Assembly: GCF_003231495.1 (NCBI RefSeq)
Contig: NZ_PQWO01000009.1
Location: forward strand, 90,001 to 122,000
DNA from: Acaryochloris thomasi RCC1774
GTDB taxonomy: Bacteria > Cyanobacteriota > Cyanobacteriia > Thermosynechococcales > Thermosynechococcaceae
Length of the DNA: 32,000 nucleotides
Direction: 5' to 3'
The translations under genes and the position numbers were made by a program. Below the pieces are notes generated by a model. It did no database searches. It worked only from the letters and a program-made list of their open reading frames with translations, and had not been told where the DNA came from. Of the stretch, positions 1 through 9,402 are shown in pieces; the first letter of the stretch is position 1, and every line of letters begins with the position of its first letter.

Positions 1-31
1 GAGCGAGTGTACTGCAAAATGACGCCTCTCC

Positions 32-1045
32 CTAGGCTCGCTGACCCAGTTGATATGCCTTTGGGCTAACCGCAAACTGTCGTCGGAAGGCAGTGCTAAA
101 CGCTTCTGGGCTTCGATAGCCTACTGTGGCCGCAACCTTGGCAATAGTGAGTTCAGAGTTGTGCAGTAGTGATTGGGCCTGCTGCATTCGATGCTGTTGC
201 AGATAGCCAAACACCGTGGTGCCAAACAGTTGCCGGAAACCCTGATTGAGCTTGCGATCGTTGAGACCCACCTGACGAGCCAGATCGATCAAAGTGGGGG
301 GCTGTTTTGCTCGCTGGATCAAGATCTCCTTTGCCTGATGGAGCTGTTCAACATCCTGACTACACAAAAACATCGGAGTTGCATAAGGTTGTTCGTCTTG
401 CCAGACGGAAAATTGGGTAGTGAGTAATTCCAACGCCTTACTTTCTAAGTAGAGCTGCTGCATTAACCCTGTATAGGGACAGTGTAGGATTTGCCGAATC
501 TGTTGCTGTATAGATCGAGAGATTTGTCCCAGTGATTGATGAAATCGCTGAGTTCTGTCCCCCTCTAGTAGATGTTGTAAGGGTGCGGGCAGTCCTTTTA
601 TTCCCAGGTTGAAGGTACCAAAGTAGCTTGGATCTACGACAATCATGAGCACATGGATGGACTGATCGGCGGGCCATTCTTCAATTTCTGTGTGGCTGGG
701 GAGATGATAGAGGTAGTGGCAGTCCGAGACTTCCCGATAGTCACGACTGATATCTAGGGCATCCGGCGTTTGCACTCGAGATGTCCCTGACAAATAGAAC
801 TTAGCGACCAACGGGAAATTAGATTCATGTTCGATAACGTGGCGAATCGTCTGCCTGAGTCTACCCTGACGGATATATATTTCAAGTCCCTGACGGAGCT
901 GGAGGATGCGATCTCCGCCTTGCCCTAGCTGTTCCGGCAAATTGTGCTGAAAACCAGAATCTATGGGCTGATGAACTTGTTCACCCCGATGCTTGGCTTG
1001 TTCATACAAATCCTGAAAATCGGCATTGGTCAGCGTGATCGCCAT
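32..1045 (-). CDS. AraC-family transcriptional regulator, PchR-like (siderophore-responsive type)
   Basis: 337-aa ORF. The C-terminal AraC double HTH reads LARQVGLNDRKLNQGFRQLFGTTVFGYLQQHRMQQAQSLL...GYRSPEAFSTAFRRQFAVSPKAY. The central block ILHCPYTG...LYLESKALELL is shared with the paralog at 5833-6822. It lies next to iron-uptake genes. Confidence 0.85.
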   Translation of the reverse strand: MAITLTNADFQDLYEQAKHRGEQVHQPIDSGFQHNLPEQLGQGGDRILQLRQGLEIYIRQGRLRQTIRHVIEHESNFPLVAKFYLSGTSRVQTPDALDISRDYREVSDCHYLYHLPSHTEIEEWPADQSIHVLMIVVDPSYFGTFNLGIKGLPAPLQHLLEGDRTQRFHQSLGQISRSIQQQIRQILHCPYTGLMQQLYLESKALELLTTQFSVWQDEQPYATPMFLCSQDVEQLHQAKEILIQRAKQPPTLIDLARQVGLNDRKLNQGFRQLFGTTVFGYLQQHRMQQAQSLLHNSELTIAKVAATVGYRSPEAFSTAFRRQFAVSPKAYQLGQRA

Positions 1046-1157
1046 ATGTGCTGAAGGTTCAATTGCGATAGGTGAGAGTATTTCTCATTAATGGCAGTTT
1101 AACAGAAGCCCCTAGCTTGGAGCGATAGAATAGAGGCAACATTGGGGACTCTCGATT

Positions 1158-1868
1158 ATGACACCCTTAACTCGGCAACAGACTCTGGGCGAACAAGCGC
1201 AGATTCTGCCGTTGGAGAACGGAGATCACCTAACGCGGCCAGAATTCGAGCGTCGCTACCATGCGATGCCTCACAAAAAAAAAGCCGAACTGATCGAAGG
1301 AGTTGTCTACTTGCCCTCACCGCTTAGATTTAAAGTCCATGCTAGACCTCACGGTCATTTAATGACGTGGCTGGGGGTTTACGAAGCATCGACACCTCAT
1401 GTAGAGGTGGGGGACAATGCCACCGTCCGCTTAGATCTAGACAACGAACCTCAACCCGATGCGGTCCTGCTTATCGATACACCCGCTGGGGGAAACTGCC
1501 AACTCAGTACAGATGGCTATTTAGAGGGCGCTCCAGAATTAGTCGCGGAAGTCGCGGCGAGTACTGCGGCCTATGATTCATATGATAAAAAAGCAGCCTA
1601 TCGACGCAATGGGGTGCAGGAATATATTGTCTGGCAGGTATTAGATCAGAAGCTAGATTGGTTTAGCCTGCAGAATGGGGAATACGTTCCTCTACTAGCT
1701 GATGAGAAGGGCGTGATTCGCTCTCAAGTGTTTTCAGGATTGTGGCTGGCAGTACCTGATTTGCTGGCAGGAGAAATGGCAAAGGTTTTGGTGGTCTTAC
1801 AGCAAGGATTAAATGATTCTGAACATGGAACGTTTGTTGATTCCCTGTCGGGATATATTCAGGACTAA
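1158..1868 (+). CDS. Uma2-family (DUF820) restriction-endonuclease-like protein
   Basis: 236-aa ORF with the typical Uma2 pattern: AELIEGVVYLPSP, H...L, PQPDAVLL, PELVAEVAASTAAYDSYDKKAAYRRNGVQEYIVW. ATG start at 1158. Confidence 0.8.
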   Translation: MTPLTRQQTLGEQAQILPLENGDHLTRPEFERRYHAMPHKKKAELIEGVVYLPSPLRFKVHARPHGHLMTWLGVYEASTPHVEVGDNATVRLDLDNEPQPDAVLLIDTPAGGNCQLSTDGYLEGAPELVAEVAASTAAYDSYDKKAAYRRNGVQEYIVWQVLDQKLDWFSLQNGEYVPLLADEKGVIRSQVFSGLWLAVPDLLAGEMAKVLVVLQQGLNDSEHGTFVDSLSGYIQD

Positions 1869-1896
1869 AAATGAGTTGAGCCATAGTTTTAAAAAC

Positions 1897-3012
1897 TCAG
1901 CGTGAAAGTTGTTGGCGTAGGTCACTCAGAAAAAGGTCAGTACCCAGCGGACCCAACAGAGCATGACAGAGATAGACGGTGGTGAAGTAGACTTTCCCTT
2001 CTTTGCTGGCGGGTAGAGATTGTGCGATCGCATCTCCCTCCCAGGTCTTTCTAACAGTCTGCAACTGCCGTTCTTCAGGACTTCTCGCCTTAGCTGTAAT
2101 ATCGCTGTTAAACCCTTCAATCAAAATCCAGTCCGCCTTCAGCTCCGGGAGAGCTTCCAGCGAAATCACATGACTATCCTGGTCTGACTGGGCCAGTTCA
2201 GAGGGCACCAGCACCTGAAAGCCGACTTCCTCTAAAAGGGCACCACAGGAACTATTGGGGGTTTCAATGCGAACCCCTTGATTGATTTGTTCTGAGAGCA
2301 GCAGCAGAACGTTGGGTTGTCGGGTTACAAGGGGCTTAAAGTCTTGCTTCAGTTTTGCTAAGCGCTGCTCAGATTCAGCAATTACTGCTTCTGCCTTCTG
2401 AGATTTCTGGAGCGCTTGACCGAGGGCTTTTAGATCAGATTGCCAAGTGGTTTCGGCTCCGCTGTAGTCGAATAGTAGGGTGGGAGCAATTTTTGAGAGG
2501 AGGGCGTATTCATCTTTGTTTTTAGTGATGTCTCCAAGAATTAGGTCTGGTTTGAGCTTTGCGATCGCATCTAAAGAAGGACTCTCCGCTGTGCCAACAT
2601 TGAAGGGCTGCCCCGTCATCCGCTGCCCCAAATACGGAATTTGCTCACTGGGCTGATCAAAGCGCTCGGTCGGAAACGGAAAATATTCAGCATGGCCAAT
2701 CGGCTGGGTTTCAAGAGTTAATGACAGCTCCAGCAAACTTGGCCCCAGAGTCGCCACCTTTTGCGGTCGGCCACAAACTTGAGTCTCACCAGCCTCATGA
2801 GTAATCATTCGGCAGTCTCCGCCTGACGCACTGCTATCAGAAGATACTTGATTCGGTCGCTGACAGCCTGCAGTCAAAGCAACGAAGGCGGCAAAGAACG
2901 CAGATTTCCCGATTTGGATAAAATGACTCAGTGCGATTGAGCAAAGCCTTCGCCGCTCTCCCCCCAGAATTGGGGGGCCGGGGGGGCCAATGCAGGATTG
3001 AATGCGTTTCAT
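1897..3012 (-). CDS. Iron-siderophore ABC transporter substrate-binding lipoprotein (FecB/FhuD-like)
   Basis: 371-aa ORF with a lipobox (FVALTAGC) after a long N-region. The body resembles periplasmic binding protein family 8 (PDLILGD...; DWILIEGFN). It lies 82 nt downstream of the TonB-dependent receptor on the same strand. Confidence 0.8.
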   Translation of the reverse strand: MKRIQSCIGPPGPPILGGERRRLCSIALSHFIQIGKSAFFAAFVALTAGCQRPNQVSSDSSASGGDCRMITHEAGETQVCGRPQKVATLGPSLLELSLTLETQPIGHAEYFPFPTERFDQPSEQIPYLGQRMTGQPFNVGTAESPSLDAIAKLKPDLILGDITKNKDEYALLSKIAPTLLFDYSGAETTWQSDLKALGQALQKSQKAEAVIAESEQRLAKLKQDFKPLVTRQPNVLLLLSEQINQGVRIETPNSSCGALLEEVGFQVLVPSELAQSDQDSHVISLEALPELKADWILIEGFNSDITAKARSPEERQLQTVRKTWEGDAIAQSLPASKEGKVYFTTVYLCHALLGPLGTDLFLSDLRQQLSR

Positions 3013-3094
3013 CTCAAGATGTACATATACGTTAATAGCAGATCACTGGAGCCTACGGTCCAAAATATCCTCTCCAATTGCTCAGCCCACGACT

Positions 3095-5725
3095 CTAAAA
3101 CTCCACTGAGACCGAGCCAATCACCGTAAACGGAGCGCCCGGATCATTTCCCCGCACGCGCACAGGCGACGACGTATCAGCAATATAGTCAATATTAAAA
3201 ATATTGCGAAAATTGAGCGCAAACTTCCACTTGTCTCGCTTATAGAAAAGAGCCGCATTCGTCAAAAAATAGCTGTCTAGCTCAAAGGAATTCGCGAGAT
3301 CACCTGCCCTGCGATCGACAAAGTTAAAGCCCGCACCAAAACCTAACCCCTGCAAAGCACCCGTTTGAATCTCGTAGGTTGTCCACAAATTTGCGCTGTG
3401 GGCTGGCGCACTAGGGAGCTGATTCCCCACCGGAAAGACAGTGTCTTCACTAATCTCCGCATCAATATAGGCATAGGAACCCAAAATATTCCAGCCCGGT
3501 AAAATCTCTCCCACCACATCTAGCTCCACACCGCGACTCTTCTGCTTACCTGTCGCAATAAAGAAAAACGGATTATCAGGATCTGTGCTAGCCACATTGC
3601 GGCGCGTGATGTCGAAATAAGCCAGCGTAGCCGACAGCGCCCCCTGTAAAAATTCACCCTTGACCCCCACTTCAAATCCACTGCCAGACTCAAAGGGTAA
3701 AGGGTCGCCATCCACCGTCGTTGTATCTGCAATGCTGGGCGCAAACACCTCCGAATAGCTGCCATAGAGAGATATTTCAGGAATCGGCTGATAGACAAGC
3801 CCCACTCGGGGGGTAAAAGCTTCTTCGTTTTGCACCAGCTCAGCACTGGAAGGGTCGAAGGCATTGGGGTTGATAAACGTTTTCTGCCGGAACAGATCAA
3901 AGCGTCCCCCGGCCAGAAAAATCAGGTTGGGCAACAGCTTCACCTGATCCTGAAAAAAGACACCGAGCCGATCGGTCTCAGTACTCTGATCCGTCAAGAT
4001 CGGGAGCGTATCAAAATCAGGCCGGGGTGAAGCACCAAACACGGGCGCAAAGATATCGAGCGGGAGTGGATTTGCAAGATCGATCTGCGTCAGAGAATTG
4101 AAGTTATCGCTAGAGCGGTTCAGATCAACGCCAAACAGCAACTTATGATCGACGGGTCCGGTGGACACTTCACCGACGATATTGGTCTGCAGCGCAAAGT
4201 TTTCTGCCTCCTGTGGTTGAGCTGCAAAAAAGCGAGTAATTGTATTGGTGGTCTCATCAATAGCAAACGGGAAGGCCACCTCTAAAAGCGCATTCTGCTT
4301 CGTGTAGCGAAATTTGTTGCGGACCTTCCATTGATCGCTGAAGCGGTGTTCAAAGTCGTAGCCCACATTCAGCGACTCTTCCGTGCTGATGTCGTCCGGC
4401 TCATTGCTAATCTGATCAAACGGGATATCAGCGATCCCATCGCCCACCGCCGGAATGCCGAAAAAGGGAGGCCGTCGTTCATCCAGGTATTCCAGCTCAA
4501 AGGTCAGATCCGTTTGCTTGCTGATGTTCCATTTAAGAACGGGCGAAATGAAGAAGCGTCTCTGATTAACGTTGGTGTCTTGAAAATCTCCGCCGGACTG
4601 ATAGACCGCGTTGAGTCGGTAGCTCAGATTGCCGTCCTTGGTGACAGGGCCAGAAATATCGAGTCGAGGTCGAAACAAGCCTTGAGTCCCCCCCTGAACC
4701 TCGAAGTTATAGAAAGGTTCTTCGGTGGGCTGCTTGGTAACGATATTGATCAATCCACCCGGCGCGACATCCCCAAACAGAATTGAAGAGGGTCCCCGCA
4801 AGACTTCAACTTTTTCCAAATTGGCGGTCTCCGGGAAGGTTCCTCCTGCTCCAAACTGGCGGATGCCGTTACGTAGGATGGGCACACCCTGAAATCCGCG
4901 AATGCTAAAGACAGATTGCCGCCCGAGATCTCTGCCGCCCGAGACGACACCACTAAGATTCTGAAGGGCTTCATCTAAGCGAACCACCTGCTGAGAGTCA
5001 AGTAACTCACGCGGAAGCACCTGCACTGACTGAGGCGTATCGCGTAGCGGTGTATCGGTGCGGGTGGCGGTACTGGCTTCCGGGATAAAAAAGCCCTCTA
5101 AAGCCTTCTCTGCAGTGACCGTGATTTCAAGTTCTTCTTGATCGCCCGGTTCGGGTTCGGCGGGGGCAACAGCGGTTCCCGCCGCCACTGAGAACACAAG
5201 ATTTTGCGCCTCAGTACCTACTGTTGCGGTAGGTGCAGCGTCAGTTCCCGTGATCACAACCTGTACCTGATCCCCCTCAGCCTCGAGGACGCTGACTTGA
5301 GCGATCCCAGCGACCGGGTTGTCCTGGATAAAACCAGTGCCTTCTGGTAGCGCTAATACTGCATTTGGGATCAGCGTAGTGAGTTGATTCCCCTCTGCAA
5401 TGGGGGTGGGAAGGCCAAGTATTCCGGCTTCAGTTTCTAAAATGATGCTTAGGTTCTCAGCTCCGGACTCTAGACGAATACCCGTAATTTGAGTTAGAGA
5501 TGCTTCAACTTGTGCCCTCCACTCCGTCACGCTTGTTGCAGGCTTATTTTGTAACGGCTGTTCACCTTGCAGGAGAAGCGTCGTTTTTGTTAGCTGCAGG
5601 TCTTGAATGGCTTGCCCTTCGTTTGCCTTGGCTGGGGAGGGGGGCAACAAACCTAAGGTTGCGATTATTGAAGGTAGGCCGTAGGCCATCGCAACTACCA
5701 GTCCCCCCTGATACTTCTGACCCAT
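3095..5725 (-). CDS. TonB-dependent siderophore receptor with N-terminal AMIN-like extension
   Basis: 876-aa ORF. It has a signal peptide and an approx. 150-aa AMIN-like N-domain (ITGIRLESGAENLSIILETE...QVQVVITG). The plug follows (DTPQSVQVLPRELLDSQQV...LSGV...IRGF...EKVEVLRGPSSILFG). The beta-barrel ends in an aromatic residue (...TVIGSVSVEF). Confidence 0.9.
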   Translation of the reverse strand: MGQKYQGGLVVAMAYGLPSIIATLGLLPPSPAKANEGQAIQDLQLTKTTLLLQGEQPLQNKPATSVTEWRAQVEASLTQITGIRLESGAENLSIILETEAGILGLPTPIAEGNQLTTLIPNAVLALPEGTGFIQDNPVAGIAQVSVLEAEGDQVQVVITGTDAAPTATVGTEAQNLVFSVAAGTAVAPAEPEPGDQEELEITVTAEKALEGFFIPEASTATRTDTPLRDTPQSVQVLPRELLDSQQVVRLDEALQNLSGVVSGGRDLGRQSVFSIRGFQGVPILRNGIRQFGAGGTFPETANLEKVEVLRGPSSILFGDVAPGGLINIVTKQPTEEPFYNFEVQGGTQGLFRPRLDISGPVTKDGNLSYRLNAVYQSGGDFQDTNVNQRRFFISPVLKWNISKQTDLTFELEYLDERRPPFFGIPAVGDGIADIPFDQISNEPDDISTEESLNVGYDFEHRFSDQWKVRNKFRYTKQNALLEVAFPFAIDETTNTITRFFAAQPQEAENFALQTNIVGEVSTGPVDHKLLFGVDLNRSSDNFNSLTQIDLANPLPLDIFAPVFGASPRPDFDTLPILTDQSTETDRLGVFFQDQVKLLPNLIFLAGGRFDLFRQKTFINPNAFDPSSAELVQNEEAFTPRVGLVYQPIPEISLYGSYSEVFAPSIADTTTVDGDPLPFESGSGFEVGVKGEFLQGALSATLAYFDITRRNVASTDPDNPFFFIATGKQKSRGVELDVVGEILPGWNILGSYAYIDAEISEDTVFPVGNQLPSAPAHSANLWTTYEIQTGALQGLGFGAGFNFVDRRAGDLANSFELDSYFLTNAALFYKRDKWKFALNFRNIFNIDYIADTSSPVRVRGNDPGAPFTVIGSVSVEF

Positions 5726-5784
5726 ATCACTTTACCCACAACTTGAAATGTACAGGCATAGTAAAAGAATTACAGTTGCAGCAC

Positions 5785-5825
5785 CTTTGTGAACCGGACT
5801 TTTTTCTTTGTCAAACGGACTTTTT
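5785..5825 (-). promoter_or_regulatory. Tandem 20/21-nt direct repeat upstream of the receptor gene (candidate AraC/PchR-type operator overlapping -35-like hexamers)
   Basis: Read on the minus strand: AAAAAGTCCGTTTGACAAAG (5825-5806), then directly AAAAAAGTCCGGTTCACAAAG (5805-5785). 18/20 positions are identical. The units contain TTGACA and TTCACA. The repeat lies 60-100 nt upstream of the start codon at 5725 and just downstream of the AraC gene stop at 5833. Confidence 0.35.
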
Positions 5826-5832
5826 GCAATCT

Positions 5833-6822
5833 CTAGCCCCGGATGCTCAGTTGATAGGCCTTGGGACTGACAGAGAATTTACGTCGAAATGCGGTACTAA
5901 ATGCTTCTGGATTTCGGTAGCCCACTGAGGTTGCGATCGCAGCAACGGTCAGCCTTTCTTCCTCTAAAAGCTGCTTTGCCTGCTTCATCCGATAGTCCTG
6001 CAGATAGCCAAAAACTGTAGTACCAAAGAGTTGGCGAAAGCCCTGCTTCAGCTTGCGATCGTTTAGGCCCACCTGACGCGCTAGTTCAACTAAAAGAGGA
6101 GGGTTATCAGCATTGCGGATCAGCAACTCTTGGGCCTGATGCAGCCGCTCAACCTCATCGATAGGTAACTGTGAAGCAGAGAGAGCCTGCTGAGGCCACT
6201 GATCCAACTGGAGCGCCAGGAGTTCCAGTGCTTTACTTTCGAGGTAAAGCGCTTGGGTCATACCCATATAAGGACAGTGCAAGATTTGCTGCAGAAGCGA
6301 CCGCATTGCTGAAGAAATGGGCCCTAAGGATTGGTGAAACCGCTGGCCTCGCAAACTCTGCTGCAAGGGCTGGGGGAGAGCACTATCTTGATCCAAAAAG
6401 TGAAAGTAGCCAGGATCGGCATAAATCATCACCACTTTGATCGGTTCATCTGCATACCATTCTTCGACCTCTTTTAAGTCAGGAAGATGGTATAGGTAGC
6501 TATGCCCTTTCTGCTCAATATAGTGAGGGCAAACCTCTTTGACCCCTGGTGTCTCGACCGATGACAACCCAGACAGGATGAATTTAGCCGTGACTGGGAA
6601 GCTTAATTCGTGGACTTGCTTGACTCGAAGTGTCTGCTGTAGGCGACCTTCTGTGATCTCAACTGTCAGTCCACCTCGCAGATGAAACGATTGCCTAATC
6701 CCTTTGCCGAGGCGTTTGGGTAAAACGGCAGAACGCCCCCACCCCGCCTCTTGAACGGACGGCTGATCATCGGAGGTCTCACATAGTTCTGTAAATTCTG
6801 CTGCAGTGAGGGAAATCGTCAT
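5833..6822 (-). CDS. AraC-family transcriptional regulator, PchR-like (paralog of 32-1045)
   Basis: 329-aa ORF, collinear with the first regulator. Shared blocks include YLYHLP, EEW.AD, RFHQSLG.IS, QQILHCPY.G...LYLESKALELL and LARQVGLNDRKLKQGFRQLFGTTVFGYLQ. Confidence 0.85.
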   Translation of the reverse strand: MTISLTAAEFTELCETSDDQPSVQEAGWGRSAVLPKRLGKGIRQSFHLRGGLTVEITEGRLQQTLRVKQVHELSFPVTAKFILSGLSSVETPGVKEVCPHYIEQKGHSYLYHLPDLKEVEEWYADEPIKVVMIYADPGYFHFLDQDSALPQPLQQSLRGQRFHQSLGPISSAMRSLLQQILHCPYMGMTQALYLESKALELLALQLDQWPQQALSASQLPIDEVERLHQAQELLIRNADNPPLLVELARQVGLNDRKLKQGFRQLFGTTVFGYLQDYRMKQAKQLLEEERLTVAAIATSVGYRNPEAFSTAFRRKFSVSPKAYQLSIRG

Positions 6823-6972
6823 GCCAAGGTATCTTCCAGTGCGCGTACATCAGCTACCTATGAGGTGCATTCTTGTAAAAACAGACAGTAACCTCAACTA
6901 GCAAAAATGCCCCACTGCATTTATCCAAGTGACGGCGCTCCAATCAAGGGATCGCTGTCATCTTGGTATGGC

Positions 6973-7716
6973 CTACAGTGTTGCCCACTCGTCAGGCAGG
7001 ACATTGGCCTGTAGCTCGAAGGCACCGCTACCGTCAGGCGTCAGCACGTAAGCTATTCCTTGAGGGTCTGGATAGATGCCGGTTGCGGCCTCAAAAATAT
7101 CGTCATGACCCACGAGGATCGTGTTTTTACCATCTGCAGGTGTTGCCGTCAGTAGGGGGGTTACGTTGGCCTTCATCTCTTCCACTTGCGCGTCAGTGTA
7201 GTCTTCAAAGGGCAAGAAGTTGAGTTTTGAATTTTTTGTGTGTTGACCGAAGGCTAGGTCTGCTGTTTTCCAAGCGCGACAGTACTCGCTGGTAATGACT
7301 TCACCGACGGGGATATTTTTCTCTTTAAATGCTGCGCCAATATCTTTTGCCTGCTTTTCGCCCACATCGTTGAGCTTACGCTGGGTCTCGCAATCTGTGA
7401 GATTGAGATTGGGATCAGCCTGGTCGGCATAATCTTTTTCTGTCTGAGCGTGGCGGAAGTAGATGACATGCCCCCCTTCTTTAAGTGCGCTCAAAAGTTC
7501 TGGGCCACTCAGCTTGTCTTCAAAGTCTGCGTTTGCTTGCTCGCCCTCACTGTACTCTTCACCCTCGCCGCCTTCAGGAACCTCAGCCACAACAGGTGTT
7601 TCACTAGAACCTGCTTCACCTCCTCCGGTAGATGAAACATCACTACTACAGGCTGCCACGCTAACTGCTAGTCCTAGAGCTAGAAATAGCTCTACAGTTT
7701 TAGACTTCTTAATCAT
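6973..7716 (-). CDS. Histidine phosphatase superfamily lipoprotein with acidic linker
   Basis: 247-aa ORF with a lipoprotein signal (LGLAVSVAACSS) and an acidic low-complexity linker (EGGEGEEYSEGE). It has an RHA(Q)T catalytic-type motif (VIYFRHAQTE) and a distal GH motif (ILVGHDD). Confidence 0.7.
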   Translation of the reverse strand: MIKKSKTVELFLALGLAVSVAACSSDVSSTGGGEAGSSETPVVAEVPEGGEGEEYSEGEQANADFEDKLSGPELLSALKEGGHVIYFRHAQTEKDYADQADPNLNLTDCETQRKLNDVGEKQAKDIGAAFKEKNIPVGEVITSEYCRAWKTADLAFGQHTKNSKLNFLPFEDYTDAQVEEMKANVTPLLTATPADGKNTILVGHDDIFEAATGIYPDPQGIAYVLTPDGSGAFELQANVLPDEWATL

Positions 7717-7746
7717 TGGTCCTCACATTTTTGACGATTTTATTTC

Positions 7747-7765
7747 GTTAATGAGAGTTATTATC
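7747..7765. promoter_or_regulatory. Candidate Fur box
   Basis: GTTAATGAGAGTTATTATC matches the classical 19-bp Fur consensus GATAATGATAATCATTATC at 15/19 positions. It lies 31-49 nt upstream of the start codon at 7716. Confidence 0.45.
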
Positions 7766-8036
7766 ACCCAAGATGGGCTGCTTACAGCAAAAAATATCCT
7801 TTGAAATCCGCCAAAACTCTTCTAGCAGAGAAGTAGAGGGTTCTTTTGACTTTTTTTAGGAATCAGTTACTGAGAATCTTAAGAGCTTAAGAAGCCTAAA
7901 AACGTCAACGTATTGAGCAGACGACAGGACAGTCATCTGAGGTAAGAGCAGGACAGACGCAAGATAAGTCTTCTACTCAAGGTCAAAAATGCAGGGCACG
8001 GTGTTGGGTATTCTGTCCCTATATCTAATTTAGGGG

Positions 8037-8438
8037 TTAAGGGCGACGTGTTGCGATCGCAAGTTTAGCCCCATCAATCTTGCGGATCCGGTCCATTACA
8101 GCAACCACCTGACCATGCCCCACTTGCTGGTCGGCATTGATAATCACCGTGACCTTCTGCTCATCAGTGACCATGTCCCTGATCTGACCTTCTAGAGCAT
8201 CCAGCTCTAGCGGCTTCCGGTTAAGCGCAATTTCTCCATCTGGTTCGATAGAGACCGTTACTTTTGTTGAAATCTGAGGTTTAGCCGTGCTGGCCTGAGG
8301 CAAATTAACGGGCAATCCCTCGCTCTTATTCAGAAACAGCGTCGCCACAATAAAGAAGGTCAAAATCGCAAAGATCACATCAATCATGGGGACAATATTG
8401 ATCTGAGCGGGCAAATCGGGCTCATCGGGTAGCCGCAT
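8037..8438 (-). CDS. exbD: Biopolymer transport protein ExbD/TolR
   Basis: 133-aa ORF with the ExbD signature INIVPMIDVIFAILTFFIV and a single TM. It overlaps the exbB 3' end by 17 nt. Confidence 0.9.
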   Translation of the reverse strand: MRLPDEPDLPAQINIVPMIDVIFAILTFFIVATLFLNKSEGLPVNLPQASTAKPQISTKVTVSIEPDGEIALNRKPLELDALEGQIRDMVTDEQKVTVIINADQQVGHGQVVAVMDRIRKIDGAKLAIATRRP

Positions 8439-9096
8439 GGGTTAACCTCCCTCGTTCATATTGGTGACGATAGAGCAGCTCTAGCTGACCGCCATATTCC
8501 TGAATTAAAGCTAGCTCCTTCTGGTACATTCCCCGAAATGTATTGGCAAACATCAGCGTGACAATCGCAACCACCAAACCCGTGGCAGTCGAGATTAGAG
8601 CCTCGCTGATGCCTCCAGTTACGCCGGCCGTTTCACTTCCGCCAATATTACCCAGCGTCAGGGACGCAAATGAAGTGATTAAACCCGTCACCGTCCCCAG
8701 AAGACCCAGAAGTGGTGACACGCTAATAATGGTTTCAAACGCTGTACTAAATCGTTTCAGTGTCGGGATTTCAGCTTGTGCTTCACTCTCTAACGCCAGC
8801 CGGAACTCTTCCGGCGTTGGTGCATCCAAGTTCAATGCTGCTAGAAATATGCGAGCAATCGGTAGCTTGATGTTGTCTTTGATAACACCCATTGCTTCGT
8901 AGACATTGTCTAATCTGTAGAGCTTGAAGACCCTTTGAACGAGCTGCTCTTGCTGACGATTGGTCTTTAGCCAGAAAAATAGACGCTCTGCGATGAGTGC
9001 GATCGCAACCACCGAAAGTAGCATCAGGGGTATCATCACTACCCCACCCGCAAGGAAAAAGCGGCTGATTGTCATACCTGCACTCCTAGAATCCAT
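8422..9096 (-). CDS. exbB: MotA/TolQ/ExbB proton-channel protein
   Basis: 224-aa ORF with three TM segments and the conserved C-terminal core LLGLLGTVTGLI..F......GG.....GGISEALISTATGL. Confidence 0.9.
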   Translation of the reverse strand: MDSRSAGMTISRFFLAGGVVMIPLMLLSVVAIALIAERLFFWLKTNRQQEQLVQRVFKLYRLDNVYEAMGVIKDNIKLPIARIFLAALNLDAPTPEEFRLALESEAQAEIPTLKRFSTAFETIISVSPLLGLLGTVTGLITSFASLTLGNIGGSETAGVTGGISEALISTATGLVVAIVTLMFANTFRGMYQKELALIQEYGGQLELLYRHQYERGRLTHAATR

Positions 9097-9185
9097 ATCA
9101 AATCAGCTCACGCCCGTCTTACATAAGCAACAACAGCCCGCCAACTGAAGATTTTAGGGCAGCCTGAGCAGGGCGCAAACTATCG

Positions 9186-9204
9186 GTAAATGATACTACT
9201 TATC
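9186..9204. promoter_or_regulatory. Candidate Fur box in the exbB / tonB-like divergent intergenic region
   Basis: GTAAATGATACTACTTATC matches GATAATGATAATCATTATC at 14/19 positions. It lies in the 306-bp AT-rich spacer between divergent starts at 9096 (-) and 9403 (+). Confidence 0.35.
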
Positions 9205-9402
9205 AACAACAAGAGAAATATGCATTGACTAGAATTCATGATATTTTTCACTGACGCTCGGCTCCACAGTCGCATAAAACCTTTAAAACAAAGGCTTGAA
9301 AGGAGCTGCTTGCATCAGCGTTGAGTACTGATACAATTTATTCGATTGTCATTTAGTGCTGAACTTTGTATGATCTGTACTAATAATATTTGCTAACAGA
9401 AT

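Noticed and set aside
1869-1896. Bidirectional terminator between the convergent Uma2 and FecB-like genes (TGAGTT...AACTCA)
   Set aside because: The stem is only 6 bp with a 16-nt loop, which is too weak to call.
2960-2977. C6-AGAATT-G6 GC hairpin 35-52 nt inside the FecB-like ORF (encodes GPPGPPILGG), followed by an RRR motif; possible wrong start, translational attenuator or Tat signal
   Set aside because: There is no alternative in-frame ATG/GTG/TTG before the lipobox. The Arg cluster is not followed directly by the hydrophobic core expected for a Tat signal. I cannot separate coincidence from function using sequence alone.
4331-5928. Plus-strand ORFs 4331-4786 and 5500-5928
   Set aside because: They are antisense to the TonB-dependent receptor and to the AraC gene end, have no motifs, and are typical shadow ORFs.
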